From the NCBI GenBank assembly GCA_965223325.1, contig CBDCWI010000002.1:2496001-2560000 (forward strand): 64,000 bases of DNA, written 5' to 3'. The notes beneath the pieces are model-generated. The model made no database searches, had not been told where the DNA came from, and saw only the letters and a program-made list of their open reading frames with translations. This document shows positions 1 through 10,026 of the stretch, one piece after another. The DNA comes from Candidatus Multivoradales bacterium. Lineage in GTDB: Bacteria > Acidobacteriota > Thermoanaerobaculia > Multivoradales > Multivoraceae. The translations under genes were made by a program, and so were the position numbers. Each line of letters opens with the position of its first letter. The first letter of the stretch is position 1.

Positions 1-833
1 GCCACGACCTTCGGATGGTCAGCCAGTGACCACGTCTCGGGTGGCTCCTTCGACCACACATCGATGCCCGCACCACTGAGTTTCCCTGACTCGAGCGCCC
101 GGAGCAGTGCCGGCTCGTCGATGACGCCGCCGCGCCCGCAATTGATGACCACCGCTCCGTCCTTCATGCCGGCAATCGCCTTCTCGTTCAGCATGCCGCG
201 CGTTTGATCGGTGAGCGGAGTGTGGAAGGTGACGACGTCGGCTTCGGCAAGCAACTCGGCGAGCTCGAGAGCTTCGACGTCGTGGGAGCGGGCGACCTCG
301 GCGTTCAGAAACGGATCGCTGGCGATCACCCTCATACCGAACGCCGCCGCGCGCGTCGCGACGCCCTGGCCGATCTTGCCGAAGCCAATGACTCCCAGGG
401 TCTTGCCTTCCAGTTCCTGGCCGACGAAGGTCTTCCGGTCCCAGGTCTGGTGCTTCATGGCGGCGTCGGCCGGCGGAACCTTGCGTGCCACCGCGAGCAT
501 CAGGGCGAAGGTGTGCTCCATCGCCGAGAGAAGGTTCGAGGTCGGGGCATTGATCACCAGAACGCCACGGCGAGTCGCCGCCGGAATGTCGATGTTGTCG
601 ACGCCAACGCCGGCCCGCGCTACGACCTTGAGACCGCTCGCAGATGCCAGTAGCGCATCATCGACCTGGGTGGCACTCCGCACCACCAGGGCGTCGTAGG
701 TGCCGATGATCTCGTGGAGACGCGGCCTGGTTTCGTCATCGAGCAGGTCGACCTCGGCGCCGGCCTCGCGCAGGACGTCGATGCCCGCCTGATTGAGCGA
801 GTCGGCGATCAGAATACGGTGGCTGGAAGACAT
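1..833 (-). CDS. serA: D-3-phosphoglycerate dehydrogenase (5' part; runs off window start)
   Basis: Translated by hand from ATG at 833: MSSSHRILIADSLNQAGIDVL...VVRSAT...ARAGVGVDNID...LGVIGFGKIG...FHTPL...INCGRGG. These are D-2-hydroxyacid dehydrogenase/PGDH motifs. Not in the ORF track because there is no stop in the window. Confidence 0.9.
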   Translation of the reverse strand, partial: MSSSHRILIADSLNQAGIDVLREAGAEVDLLDDETRPRLHEIIGTYDALVVRSATQVDDALLASASGLKVVARAGVGVDNIDIPAATRRGVLVINAPTSNLLSAMEHTFALMLAVARKVPPADAAMKHQTWDRKTFVGQELEGKTLGVIGFGKIGQGVATRAAAFGMRVIASDPFLNAEVARSHDVEALELAELLAEADVVTFHTPLTDQTRGMLNEKAIAGMKDGAVVINCGRGGVIDEPALLRALESGKLSGAGIDVWSKEPPETWSLADHPKVV

Positions 834-921
834 GACGAGGGCTCCAAGAAGGCGGTGGGCGCGGGCGTTTTCGAGCTCGGCGAGGAGCGCGCATCATAGC
901 GCCTGAAGAGCGTCTCAAGAG

Positions 922-2124
922 TCAGTAGAGCAGGTAGCTCCCAGAGTCCTCACGAAACAGTGTCTGGTCTGCCTTCCAGCTCTCGACCCAGGTGACCAGG
1001 GCTCGATCGTCACCGGCCTCGAGGGCGCGGCGTGGCTCTTCGGTGCCCAGCAGCAGATCGAGCGCCGGGCGGTCGACACGGAACTCGTAGGGCTCGGCGC
1101 GCCAACCGAAAGCCTCGGGCTCGGCTCGAAAGAGCGCCCGCAACATCTCGAGCCCGAAGCGGGTACCCCGAACCTCCGACGGTTCTTCGACCAGCACCTC
1201 GACCCCGCCACACACTTCGCCCGCGTGCTTCTGGAACTGCGGCCTGAAATACACCGGCACGAAACGCAAGCCACGCAATGAGTCCTCGAGGACTGGTCGT
1301 TCGAGCTCCGCCAGGAGCGCCCGCGGGTCGATCCACGGGGCGCCAACCAGACGAAACGGCCGCGTGGTACCGCGCCCTTCCGAGAGCGTCGTGGCCTCGA
1401 GCAGGCAGCCACCGGGATAGACCGCCGCAGTGTCGAAGTCCGGCATGTTGGGCGAGGGAGCCATCCACGTGCGACCGCTGTCGGGCCACATCGACCTTCT
1501 CGACCAACCATCGAGCTCGTAGACCGAAAGGCCTTCGAGATCGTGACCGGAGCGTGCGAGCTCGAGTCGCGCCAGCTCCGCCAGCGTGAGCCCGTGACGA
1601 ACCGGGGTCTGAAACGCCCCGACAAATGACTCGAAACCGTCACACGGGATGTTGCCCTCGACGATCGCACCTCCCAACGGATTGGGCCGATCGAGAATCC
1701 ACACTTCCTTGCCGAGCTCGAGAGCGACTTCGGCGGCCCAGATCGCTGTCGCCACGAAGGTGTAGTAGCGGCTGCCGACGTCCTGAAGGTCGACGATCAG
1801 GAGATCGAGCTCGTCGAACGCCTCAGGACGAGGGCGGAGGGACGCTTCGTTCTCGCCGTAGAGCGACACCACCGGGATCTCGGTGAGCGGATCGCGCGTC
1901 TCGAGCGCCGCCACCATGTCTTGTTCGACGCCGTAGAAGCCGTGCTCGGGCGCAAACAGTCGCCGCGGCGGATTGGCGGTGTCGGCCAGGGCCAGGTGCA
2001 CCAGCCGGCCGTCGGCGAGGAGCGCCGCCTGATGACTCAGGACGCCGTAGTGGCGCCCGCGCAGGGGCGCCGGGTCGTCGAGCAGCCGGTCCGCACCGAC
2101 ACGCAGTCGCCGACGCGCGCTCAC
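922..2124 (-). CDS. Exo-beta-N-acetylmuramidase NamZ (DUF1343) family protein
   Basis: Motifs LFAPEHG, DLQDVGSRYYTF, LDRPNPLGG, RHGLTLAELA, PSPNMP, SEGRGTTRPF. Start placed at GTG 2124, overlapping the moaC stop; the longer ORF overlaps moaC. Confidence 0.88.
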   Translation of the reverse strand: MSARRRLRVGADRLLDDPAPLRGRHYGVLSHQAALLADGRLVHLALADTANPPRRLFAPEHGFYGVEQDMVAALETRDPLTEIPVVSLYGENEASLRPRPEAFDELDLLIVDLQDVGSRYYTFVATAIWAAEVALELGKEVWILDRPNPLGGAIVEGNIPCDGFESFVGAFQTPVRHGLTLAELARLELARSGHDLEGLSVYELDGWSRRSMWPDSGRTWMAPSPNMPDFDTAAVYPGGCLLEATTLSEGRGTTRPFRLVGAPWIDPRALLAELERPVLEDSLRGLRFVPVYFRPQFQKHAGEVCGGVEVLVEEPSEVRGTRFGLEMLRALFRAEPEAFGWRAEPYEFRVDRPALDLLLGTEEPRRALEAGDDRALVTWVESWKADQTLFREDSGSYLLY

Positions 2125-2663
2125 CCGGACTCGCCGTCCGCTGCACTCCCAGTCGGGCCAGCGGAGTTGCGCACCCAGTCCCCGCTGCGGCCGCCGCTCT
2201 TGGCTTCGAGCTGGAGATCGGTCACCACTGCTCCGCGCTCGACCGCCTTGACCATGTCGTAGAGCGCCAGCGCCGCCGCCGAACAGGCCACCAAGGCCTC
2301 CATCTCGGCACCAGTACGCCCCGTGACCACGATGCGGCTCGACACCCGCACCCCGCCAGGGGCCTCTTCGATCGCCACTTCGACCTGATCGAGTGGCAGG
2401 GTGTGCGCGAGCGGAATCCACTCGTCGGTTCGTTTGGCGGCCTGGATACCGGCCAGGCGAGCGACGGTCCGTGCGTCGCCCTTTGGCAAGCGGTCGAGTC
2501 GGGCCACGGTCAGAGGCGAGAGCAGTACCCGGCACGAAGCCGCTGCCACCCGCCGGGTGATCGCCTTCTCAGAGACGTCGACCATCTGCGCGCGCCCGGT
2601 CTCATCGAGATGGCTGAAGCCTGTCCCGGCTGCGTCGGGTCCCTGTTCGTCGGAACTGCTCAT
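2121..2663 (-). CDS. moaC: Cyclic pyranopterin monophosphate synthase MoaC
   Basis: FSHLDETGRAQMVDVSEK, KGD..VARLAGIQAAKRT, TGAEMEAL, LYDMVKAV, KSGGRSG. Confidence 0.95.
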   Translation of the reverse strand: MSSSDEQGPDAAGTGFSHLDETGRAQMVDVSEKAITRRVAAASCRVLLSPLTVARLDRLPKGDARTVARLAGIQAAKRTDEWIPLAHTLPLDQVEVAIEEAPGGVRVSSRIVVTGRTGAEMEALVACSAAALALYDMVKAVERGAVVTDLQLEAKSGGRSGDWVRNSAGPTGSAADGESG

Positions 2664-2728
2664 GATCTCCCTCTTCTCACTACGCCCCGGAGTGTATGCC
2701 CCCGGAAGGCGGTTGGTACGGTGAACGA

Positions 2729-3412
2729 GTGTCCAAGTTCGCGATCGTCATCCCGACTCTCGAGGAACAGCCCGCTCTCGAGGACCTCTTGCCTCATGCT
2801 CTGGCCGAGGCGGACCTGGTCGTGGTTGCTGACGGCGGCAGCACCGATGAAACCGTGACAACGGCTGCCGCCCGCGGAGCGATCGTCGTCAAGAGCCGGC
2901 CAGGACGCGGGCGGCAGCTCGATCGAGGCGCCCGCCGGGCGGTGACAGAGGGGGCCGACGCGTTGCTCTTTCTCCATGCCGACACGCGTCTTCCCGCGGG
3001 TTTTCGCGCCTCCATCGAATCCTGTCTCGCCGCCGGCGCCGTCGGTGGCGGCTGTCTGATCGAGTATCCCCACGCTCGCGGCCTCTTGCGTTTGGCAGCG
3101 CCCCTGGTGAATTGGCGAACCCGTCAGTTCAAGCGGCCTCTCGGCGACCAGGGACAGTTCGCCACGGCAGCCTCCTGGCAGGCCGTGGGTGGCTTCGGTG
3201 CGCACCCCATCCTCGAGGACCTCGACTTCATCAGGCGCCTCGCACGCTATGGCCGACTGGCCATCGCCGAGCTCTACCTGCAACCAAGCGCCCGACGATT
3301 CCGTCAGCAGGGCGTTGTGACGACGGTGCTCGGCAACTGGCTGATCTTCACCCTCTATCGCCTCGGGGTGTCACCGCGGCGCCTCGCCCGCCTCTATCGC
3401 CACGTCCGCTGA
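2729..3412 (+). CDS. GT2 glycosyltransferase, TIGR04283-like family
   Basis: IVIPTLEE, VVADGGSTD, GRGRQLDRGA, LLFLHADTRLP, GDQGQF, ILEDLDF, SARRF. Start GTG 2729 (alternative ATG 2696). Confidence 0.85.
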   Translation: MSKFAIVIPTLEEQPALEDLLPHALAEADLVVVADGGSTDETVTTAAARGAIVVKSRPGRGRQLDRGARRAVTEGADALLFLHADTRLPAGFRASIESCLAAGAVGGGCLIEYPHARGLLRLAAPLVNWRTRQFKRPLGDQGQFATAASWQAVGGFGAHPILEDLDFIRRLARYGRLAIAELYLQPSARRFRQQGVVTTVLGNWLIFTLYRLGVSPRRLARLYRHVR

Positions 3413-3416
3413 ACCG

Positions 3417-4496
3417 TCAGTCGTCCTTGCTGCTGCCACTCACCCCGCTGCTGGCATCTTCGGCTTCGAGCAACCGCGCCCCCTTGAGCATGCCGCGCAT
3501 TGCGTAGTTCCCCTCGTGGCAGGCGTACTCGTAGAGCGGCCCCTCTGAGGCGCGCAGCGGGATGGCCACCGTGAACGGAGTCTCGAACGTCTGCGGGTCG
3601 CTCAAGGTGTACTCATAGAGCAGCCGCTTGTCACCCTGGCGAGTGAAGCGCTCGATGAGGGTCATGTTGCGGGCGCTGCCGACGGCTCCGGACTCCATAC
3701 CGTCTTCGAAGTCTGCCGGAAGCTGGAAGGTCGGCACCTTGTCGCTGAAGTTCGTCGTTTCAACGACCAGGGTGTCGCCCTCCCACTGCCCCCGTGAATC
3801 ACCCGACCAGCGCTCGATATCAGACGCCAGGTGAGGCCGGCCGTCCATCGGGATGATCCGGGCGTCGTGGATCATTTCGGTCAACAGCACGATGTACTTC
3901 GGGGTCTGCAGGATGCGCAGGTTGTTGTTGTAGGCGCTCGGCGCGATCGGCGGCCCGGCATTGAACCCCTTGAGACAGCGTTCCGAAAGGCCAACCGACT
4001 CGGGCCCCTCAGGACGAAATCGCTGCGGATCGGCGCTGTAGGAGAAGAGGTCGCGAACCGGCGGCGTCCGGAGCCGGTTCTGCTCCGCCATGCGCTCTCT
4101 GGCAGCGGGAGTGAGCGGCGGTAACCGGCCATTGGAAGGATCGACAATCAACGAGGTGCGCAGATCCTCGGTGAGCTCAGTGCCCCAGTCCCACCAGAAT
4201 GAGTTGTAGGCACCTTCGACATCGAGAGCCGAGTCGCCGACCCGATTGTCGACGTCGAGCAGGGCCAGCGCCTGATCGAGAAACACCTTGGCCTCTTCCG
4301 GGGTGAGGGTCGCCTTCTCGGCCAGTTCCGGCGGTCGCTCGAGAGGGGTGATGACCCGAAAGTCCCAAACTCCCCCGATGTCGGGCGTGCCCCAGGAAGT
4401 GCGCGGCAGCTCGTTGTCGGTTCCCTCCAGGGACGTGCCAGGAACAACGAAGACCAAGGCTAGACAGATCGTGGGAACGAGAGGAAAGCGCTTCAT
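3417..4496 (-). CDS. Secreted conserved hypothetical protein (PRT..G.PD..GVW / GDSRG.WEGDTLVV / YEYACHEGN family)
   Basis: N-terminal signal peptide; motif set typical of an uncharacterised family common in Acidobacteria and marine Proteobacteria. Confidence 0.8.
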   Translation of the reverse strand: MKRFPLVPTICLALVFVVPGTSLEGTDNELPRTSWGTPDIGGVWDFRVITPLERPPELAEKATLTPEEAKVFLDQALALLDVDNRVGDSALDVEGAYNSFWWDWGTELTEDLRTSLIVDPSNGRLPPLTPAARERMAEQNRLRTPPVRDLFSYSADPQRFRPEGPESVGLSERCLKGFNAGPPIAPSAYNNNLRILQTPKYIVLLTEMIHDARIIPMDGRPHLASDIERWSGDSRGQWEGDTLVVETTNFSDKVPTFQLPADFEDGMESGAVGSARNMTLIERFTRQGDKRLLYEYTLSDPQTFETPFTVAIPLRASEGPLYEYACHEGNYAMRGMLKGARLLEAEDASSGVSGSSKDD

Positions 4497-4587
4497 GGCC
4501 CGAGTTCCTTTCTGGTCGGCTTTGGTGCTGTGTCTTGGCTAGCGGTGAGGAAAGACTATCAGGGGCCCTCGACGCCAGCCGTACAAC

Positions 4588-4621
4588 AAAAACCCCGCCT
4601 ACCCATTGGCGGGTGGCGGGG
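4588..4621 (-). terminator. Rho-independent terminator of hup
   Basis: Minus strand CCCCGCC-ACCC...GGGT-A-GGCGGGG hairpin followed by TTTTT, 50 nt after the hup stop. Confidence 0.8.
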
Positions 4622-4671
4622 CTTTGCGTGCGATTGCACCAGACGTCGGTCGACGTCCCTGATTTCGGGCC

Positions 4672-4956
4672 CTACATCATGGGGTTGACGGCGCCCTTGA
4701 GCTCTTTGCCCATCTTGAAACGGACACTGTTGCTTGCCTTGATCTGGATCGCCTCGCCGGTGGCAGGGTTACGCCCAGTGCGCGCCTTGCGGTGCGAGAT
4801 CGAGAAACTCCCGAAGCCTGGTACCTGCACGCGCTCTTCGCGACGGAGGTGGCCCGTGATCGCTTCGATGGCGGCATCGAACGCATCCGCGGCCTGCTTC
4901 TTTGAAAGACCGGCCTGGTCCGCAATGCGATCGACAATGTCAGCTTTTCCAGCCAT
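4672..4956 (-). CDS. hup: DNA-binding protein HU
   Basis: MAGKADIVDRIADQAGLSKKQA...VPGFGSF...RKARTGRNPATGEAIQI; AAGGAG RBS upstream of ATG 4956. Confidence 0.95.
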   Translation of the reverse strand: MAGKADIVDRIADQAGLSKKQAADAFDAAIEAITGHLRREERVQVPGFGSFSISHRKARTGRNPATGEAIQIKASNSVRFKMGKELKGAVNPMM

Positions 4957-5041
4957 CACTTCTCCTTGAATTTTTTTGGGGGATTTGGAGCGGGAAACCC
5001 CTGAAAATAAAGGCGTCTGCCCGCACCCGGTGTGTGATTTC

Positions 5042-5070
5042 AACTTACGGGAGTTTCTATATCGTGTCAA
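5042..5070 (-). promoter_or_regulatory. Sigma70-type promoter for hup
   Basis: TTGACA-17 nt-TAAGTT on the minus strand in an AT-rich intergenic stretch. Confidence 0.65.
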
Positions 5071-5147
5071 CGAGATAGCATGATATGTTTGGGGGTTTCG
5101 AAGGAATCTCGACGAGTTTTTCTAGAATTTCTGCCTCAACACTGGAT

Positions 5148-6551
5148 CTAACCCCGCTTTCGCAGGGCGTGAACGGTGAAGCCGTCGTGATCGGCTCCCG
5201 GCAGAAGCCTCCAGAAGCCGTCCGCCAGGTCGCCGAGTTCGGCGCGGCAAGGCATCATTTCGGCCCTGGGAACCGGTTTCAGCTCAGGACGCTTCGCCCG
5301 CAGTGAAGCAACAACGTCCTCGTTCTCCTCGCGCTCGAGTGAGCAGGTGATGGCACATAGGAGACCACCTGGTCTCACCCGCTCGGTCGCCCGTTCCAGC
5401 ATGGCCAGTCCAGCAGTTGCAAGACGATCAATATCTTCGGGACTCGAGCGCCACTTGAGCTCGGGGTTCTTTCGAAAGGTACCGGTTCCGGAGCACGGTA
5501 GGTCAGCGACGACACGGTCGAAGAGGCCGCTGACCGTAGGCCGCACCGCGTCGCCGAGAACGATCGGCATCGGGCGGTCCAACCGCCGAAGGTTCTGGCG
5601 TACCAACAGCAACCGCGCCATCGAAGCGTCGTGCAGCACCGGTCGAACGCTCGGTCGGAACGCGAGCAGCGAGAGGCTCTTGCCGCCCGGCGCTGCCATC
5701 AGGTCGAGCACCGTCTCACCCTCGGCCGGCGGCGGAATGAGGGCCGCCAACTGACTGGCTTCGTCCTGGACGTAGAAATCACCGCCCCGGAAAGCATTGG
5801 TCGCCAAGGCATCACCGCCCCTCACCTTGAGTCCGAAGGGCGCTAGGCGCGATGGCTCGACGTTGATGCCTTCGTCGATCAGCTTCTCGGCGAGCAGTTC
5901 ACGACCGGAACGGTCGCGGAAGGCCAGCAGGTGAAGCGGCTTGGGGCGGTTGTTGGCGTTCAGGAGGCGCGTCGTCGCGGCGAGCCCGAAGCGCTCGAGC
6001 CAGCGCTTGACCAGAAAGCGAGGGTGACTGAGCTCGATCGCCAGGGTCTCGACCTCGGTCTCGGCCTCGACCGGCCAGGCGTCGAGACTGGGACTCTTGG
6101 CGAGCCGTCTCAAGACGGCGTTGACGAAGCCGCCACCGCCGCGATGGGTGACGCGCGTCGCGTGCTCGACGGCCTCGTGCACGATGGCGTGGTCAGGCAC
6201 CCGATCGAGAAAAAAGAGCTGGTAGACGGCAATGCGGAGCGGCCCGAGCAGGTCGGGTTCGATGTCGTGCAAAGGGCGATCCGAAGCCTGGCTGATCAGG
6301 TGATCGAGCCGTCGTTTCCAGCGCAGGGTTCCATAGACCAGCTCGTGCAGCAGGGCGTGATCGCGGGCATCACATCGATCGAGAGCCGGCGCCAGGAAGG
6401 CGTCGACGATCGACCCGGTTTGAAGCGTGCGCTGAACCACGAAAGACGCCGCCTCGCGCACGTTGCCGTGTGCCGAACGGGCCCCACCGTCGCGACGCGA
6501 CCCACTGTGGAGTTGACGAATCGCCCGACCCGGTTTGCGCCGCTTGCTCAC
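5148..6551 (-). CDS. rsmB: 16S rRNA m5C967 methyltransferase RsmB/Sun with N-terminal NusB-like domain
   Basis: ELVYGTLR, FVNAVLRR, SHPRFLV, VQDEASQL, DLMAAPGGKS, DLPCSGTG, TCSLEREENE; directly downstream of fmt. Confidence 0.92.
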   Translation of the reverse strand: MSKRRKPGRAIRQLHSGSRRDGGARSAHGNVREAASFVVQRTLQTGSIVDAFLAPALDRCDARDHALLHELVYGTLRWKRRLDHLISQASDRPLHDIEPDLLGPLRIAVYQLFFLDRVPDHAIVHEAVEHATRVTHRGGGGFVNAVLRRLAKSPSLDAWPVEAETEVETLAIELSHPRFLVKRWLERFGLAATTRLLNANNRPKPLHLLAFRDRSGRELLAEKLIDEGINVEPSRLAPFGLKVRGGDALATNAFRGGDFYVQDEASQLAALIPPPAEGETVLDLMAAPGGKSLSLLAFRPSVRPVLHDASMARLLLVRQNLRRLDRPMPIVLGDAVRPTVSGLFDRVVADLPCSGTGTFRKNPELKWRSSPEDIDRLATAGLAMLERATERVRPGGLLCAITCSLEREENEDVVASLRAKRPELKPVPRAEMMPCRAELGDLADGFWRLLPGADHDGFTVHALRKRG

Positions 6552-7576
6552 GGTTCGCCTTCGGCGGGGGCCTCGGGGGTGCCCTCGGCAGGATGCTTCG
6601 CTGGCGCGGCGCCGAGCGTTTCACCGACTCGCGGCTGCTCACCGTTGATCCAGTCGCGGGCCGCAAGCGCCCGTCGACCCGGTCGCTGAACCTCGAGCAA
6701 CTCGAGGGCAGCGCCGTCGCCACAAGCGACGGTTACCGCGTCGCGATCGACCGCCACGATCTGGCCAGGCTCTGTCTCTCCGGTGGTCTCACCGCCCTCT
6801 CGCTCACCGTCAATCACCCGCAGCGCCAAGAGACGTAGTGGCTTCCCGCGCAGCTCGGTCTCGAGCCCGGGCCAGGGGGTGTAGGCGCGCAGTAGGCGTT
6901 CAATCACTTCGGCCGGTTGCTGCCAGTCGACGATGCCAGCAGACTTCTCGAGCCGCGGAGCGTAGGTCGCACGGGTGTCGTCCTGTGGCTGCGGCGCGAG
7001 AGTCCCTTCTTCGAGGCACTGGAGGGTGTCGAGGAGAACCCGCGCCCCGAGTTCGGCCAGTTTCACCTCGAGGGTCTCGGTCGTATCATCGGGGGCGATC
7101 GCCAGCGAACGGCACAAGAGCGACGGGCCGGTGTCGAGGCCCTCTTCCATCACCATCGTGCACACGCCGGTCTCGGAATCGCCGGCGGCGATCGCCGCCG
7201 CCACCGGTGCGGCTCCACGGTGACGCGGCAGCAGGCTGGCGTGCACGTTGATACAGCCGTGCGTCGGAATCTCGAGCAATGCCTTGGGAAAGATCTGACC
7301 GAAGGCGATCACCACCGCCAGGTCGATCTCGAGCTCGCGAAACATCGCCAGGAAGGTCTTACTGCGTACCTTCGCTGGCTGCTCGAGAGCCAGGCCGTGC
7401 TGGTTGGCAAACCTCGCGACCGGCGGCAGGGCGAGCTTGCGACCTCGCCCCTGGCGACGCGACGGCTGGCTGACCACCAAGACCGGTTCGTAGCCAGCCT
7501 CGCAGAGTGCTGCCAGCGACGGCACCGAGAACTCGGGCGTGCCAAAGAACGCGATTCGCATCTCGCTCGCCGCCAC
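6548..7576 (-). CDS. fmt: Methionyl-tRNA formyltransferase
   Basis: MRIAFFGTPEF, INVHASLLPRHRGAAP, GLDTGP, TYAPRL, TPWPG. Confidence 0.96.
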   Translation of the reverse strand: MAASEMRIAFFGTPEFSVPSLAALCEAGYEPVLVVSQPSRRQGRGRKLALPPVARFANQHGLALEQPAKVRSKTFLAMFRELEIDLAVVIAFGQIFPKALLEIPTHGCINVHASLLPRHRGAAPVAAAIAAGDSETGVCTMVMEEGLDTGPSLLCRSLAIAPDDTTETLEVKLAELGARVLLDTLQCLEEGTLAPQPQDDTRATYAPRLEKSAGIVDWQQPAEVIERLLRAYTPWPGLETELRGKPLRLLALRVIDGEREGGETTGETEPGQIVAVDRDAVTVACGDGAALELLEVQRPGRRALAARDWINGEQPRVGETLGAAPAKHPAEGTPEAPAEGEP

Positions 7577-7580
7577 CGTG

Positions 7581-10016
7581 CTACTCGTGCTGGTCGATTT
7601 CTGCGAAGTAGTCGGGCGCCACGAGAATCTCTCGCGACTTGCTGCCCTGTGAAGGTCCGAGCAGGCCGTCGAGCTCCATCATGTCGATCAGCCGCGCAGC
7701 GCGCGAGAAGCCGATCCGCATGCGTCGCTGCAGGAAACTGGCAGACGCCTTGCCCTCAGCGACCACCAGGCGCGCCGCGTCGTCATAGAGCTCGTCGTCT
7801 GGCTCGCCACCGGCCTTACCTTCACTGCGCTCTTCGACCGGAGCTTCGAGCACCGACGGGTCGAGTTCGGGCTTGCCCTGCTTGCGCAGCCAACGAATGA
7901 CACCGGCTGTCTCCTGCTCGCTGACATACGCACCGTGTAGACGCATGACGCGGGAGCTTCCCGGCGGCATGAACAAGGCGTCACCCTTGCCGAGCAGCTT
8001 TTCGGCACCAATCTCGTCGAGAATCGTGCGCGAGTCGTGTCGCGAAGCGGTGGCAAATGCCAGCCGACAAGGAAAGTTCGCCTTGATCATGCCGGTCAGG
8101 ACGTCGACCGACGGTCGCTGCGTGGCGACAATCAAGTGGATTCCAACGGCTCGCGCCATCTGCGCCAGACGCGCGATCGAGTGCTCGACGTCGGCGCTCG
8201 ACACCATCATCAGGTCGGCGAGCTCATCGATCACGATGACGTAGTACGGCAGTGGCTGTAGATCCGACGACGCGACCTCGACCTCGTCGTCTTCCTCTTC
8301 CTTCAACCGCAGACGCTTCTGGACCTCAGGATCCTGGATCGCGTGGTTGTAGAAGTCGATCGACCGCACGTGCACCTCGGCAAGCAGGCGGTAGCGGCGT
8401 TCCATTTCAGCCACTGCCCAACGCAGTGCGTTGGAAGCCTTCTTGGGGTCGACGACCACTTCGGCTTTGAGGTGGGGGATGTTCTTGTAGACGCCCAGTT
8501 CGATGCGCTTGGGGTCGATGAAGATGAACTGGACCTGATCGCGCGTCGCCTTGTAGAGAATCGACGAGATCATCGCCTGCAGACCCACACTCTTACCGGC
8601 ACCTGTCGCACCGGCGACGAGAAGATGCGGCATGGTTGCCAGGTCGACGTAGTAGGGATCACCATGCAACGTCTGACCGAGCGCCAGGGTCAGTGGCGAC
8701 CGCGACTTCTTGAAGGTCTCATCGGCCAGCATCGGTCCCAGGCGAATGATCGACCGCGACGGATTCGGCACCTCGATGCCGAGTGTCGAGCGCCCGGGAA
8801 TGCGATCGATGCGAATCGCCTCGGCCTTCAGCGACAGTGCCAGATCGTCTTGCAGACTGACGACCTTCGAGACCTTGACCCCCGCCGCCGGTTGAAACTC
8901 GAACACAGTGATGACCGGACCAGGGGTAATGCCCTCGATCGAGCCATCGACACCAAACTCCGCACAACGCTCGCGAATCACCTCGCCGAGGCGCACCAAC
9001 TCATCTTCGTCAAAGCTCGGCCGGGTCTTCTCGAGGTCGAGGAGGTTGATCGGCGGAAGCGCACTGCCGCGCTTACCCTTGGGAAAGGCGATCTTGGCCT
9101 GCCCCTTCTTCGCCGGCGGTTTCTCGGCTGCTGGCGGAGCCGTCTTGCGACGACGCTTGGGGCGAACCACGGCGACGCTCTCGAGCCGGTGACCAGCTTC
9201 GGCCTCCGTGACTTGCTCCGGCTTTCCGTGCCGCCTGCGCACCCGAATCGGGGGTGCCGATTCGGTCTGTTGAGCCGCAACGCGCGCCGACACCAGATCC
9301 TTTTTGCCGGCCTTCTTCTCGCGGGCCCGCTCGAGGTGCTTGGCTACCACCCGCCGACGCGAACGGTCCTTCTCGCGGCGCTCACGACGTCGATGCAAAC
9401 CAAGGAGCGCAGTTTCACTGACACCGCGCGCGCGACCGACTCCACCAGCGAGAACCTCATCAAGACTCGACTGCAGAGCCAACGCCAGGCCAATCACCAG
9501 CGCACTCACCAGAACGAGCAGAGTGCCTACGAAAGCCAGGCGCGTCTCGAGAGAGCGCACGACCAGAAAGCCGAATAATCCCCCGGCATGCAGCGAAACA
9601 CCCCGCCAGGTTACCTCGCGCACCAGCAGTTGAAACAACGGCGGCAGCGAAAGGACCAGAAGACCCGCGCCGAAGCCGCGCCCGGTGACCTTCTCACCGG
9701 TACCCTGGCGCAACCGCCGCCAGCCAGCAGCAAAAAGCGCAATCGGTAGCGCAAAGGCCGGCAGACCCATGAGCCGGTAGCAGAGCTCGGCGATCTCGGC
9801 GCCCGCTCGACCGATCCAATTGGCGGTCTCCGGCTCGCCGGCCCCACGATAGAAGAGGCTGGGATCTTCGGGTCGATAGCTCACCAGGGCAAGCAACAGG
9901 ATCAGAGACACAAAAAACAGCAGCAACCCCAGGACCTCGCGGGTCTTGCGGGATGGCAGGCGGTCCGGCTGGCGACGCGCAGGCGGCCGTCGGGTCTCTG
10001 AGCGGGCAACACTCAC
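7581..10016 (-). CDS. ftsK: DNA translocase FtsK/SpoIIIE
   Basis: N-terminal TM domain; PHLLVAGATGAGKSV, IDPKRIEL, IDELADLMM, ATQRPSVDV; gamma domain SASFLQRRMRIGFSRAARLID. Confidence 0.97.
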   Translation of the reverse strand: MSVARSETRRPPARRQPDRLPSRKTREVLGLLLFFVSLILLLALVSYRPEDPSLFYRGAGEPETANWIGRAGAEIAELCYRLMGLPAFALPIALFAAGWRRLRQGTGEKVTGRGFGAGLLVLSLPPLFQLLVREVTWRGVSLHAGGLFGFLVVRSLETRLAFVGTLLVLVSALVIGLALALQSSLDEVLAGGVGRARGVSETALLGLHRRRERREKDRSRRRVVAKHLERAREKKAGKKDLVSARVAAQQTESAPPIRVRRRHGKPEQVTEAEAGHRLESVAVVRPKRRRKTAPPAAEKPPAKKGQAKIAFPKGKRGSALPPINLLDLEKTRPSFDEDELVRLGEVIRERCAEFGVDGSIEGITPGPVITVFEFQPAAGVKVSKVVSLQDDLALSLKAEAIRIDRIPGRSTLGIEVPNPSRSIIRLGPMLADETFKKSRSPLTLALGQTLHGDPYYVDLATMPHLLVAGATGAGKSVGLQAMISSILYKATRDQVQFIFIDPKRIELGVYKNIPHLKAEVVVDPKKASNALRWAVAEMERRYRLLAEVHVRSIDFYNHAIQDPEVQKRLRLKEEEDDEVEVASSDLQPLPYYVIVIDELADLMMVSSADVEHSIARLAQMARAVGIHLIVATQRPSVDVLTGMIKANFPCRLAFATASRHDSRTILDEIGAEKLLGKGDALFMPPGSSRVMRLHGAYVSEQETAGVIRWLRKQGKPELDPSVLEAPVEERSEGKAGGEPDDELYDDAARLVVAEGKASASFLQRRMRIGFSRAARLIDMMELDGLLGPSQGSKSREILVAPDYFAEIDQHE

Positions 10017-10026
10017 AAAACGCAGT

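Noticed and set aside
2729-3412. Arsenosugar or selenium-associated biosynthetic cluster
   Set aside because: Only the TIGR04283-like transferase is present; no partner transferase, radical SAM or methyltransferase is adjacent
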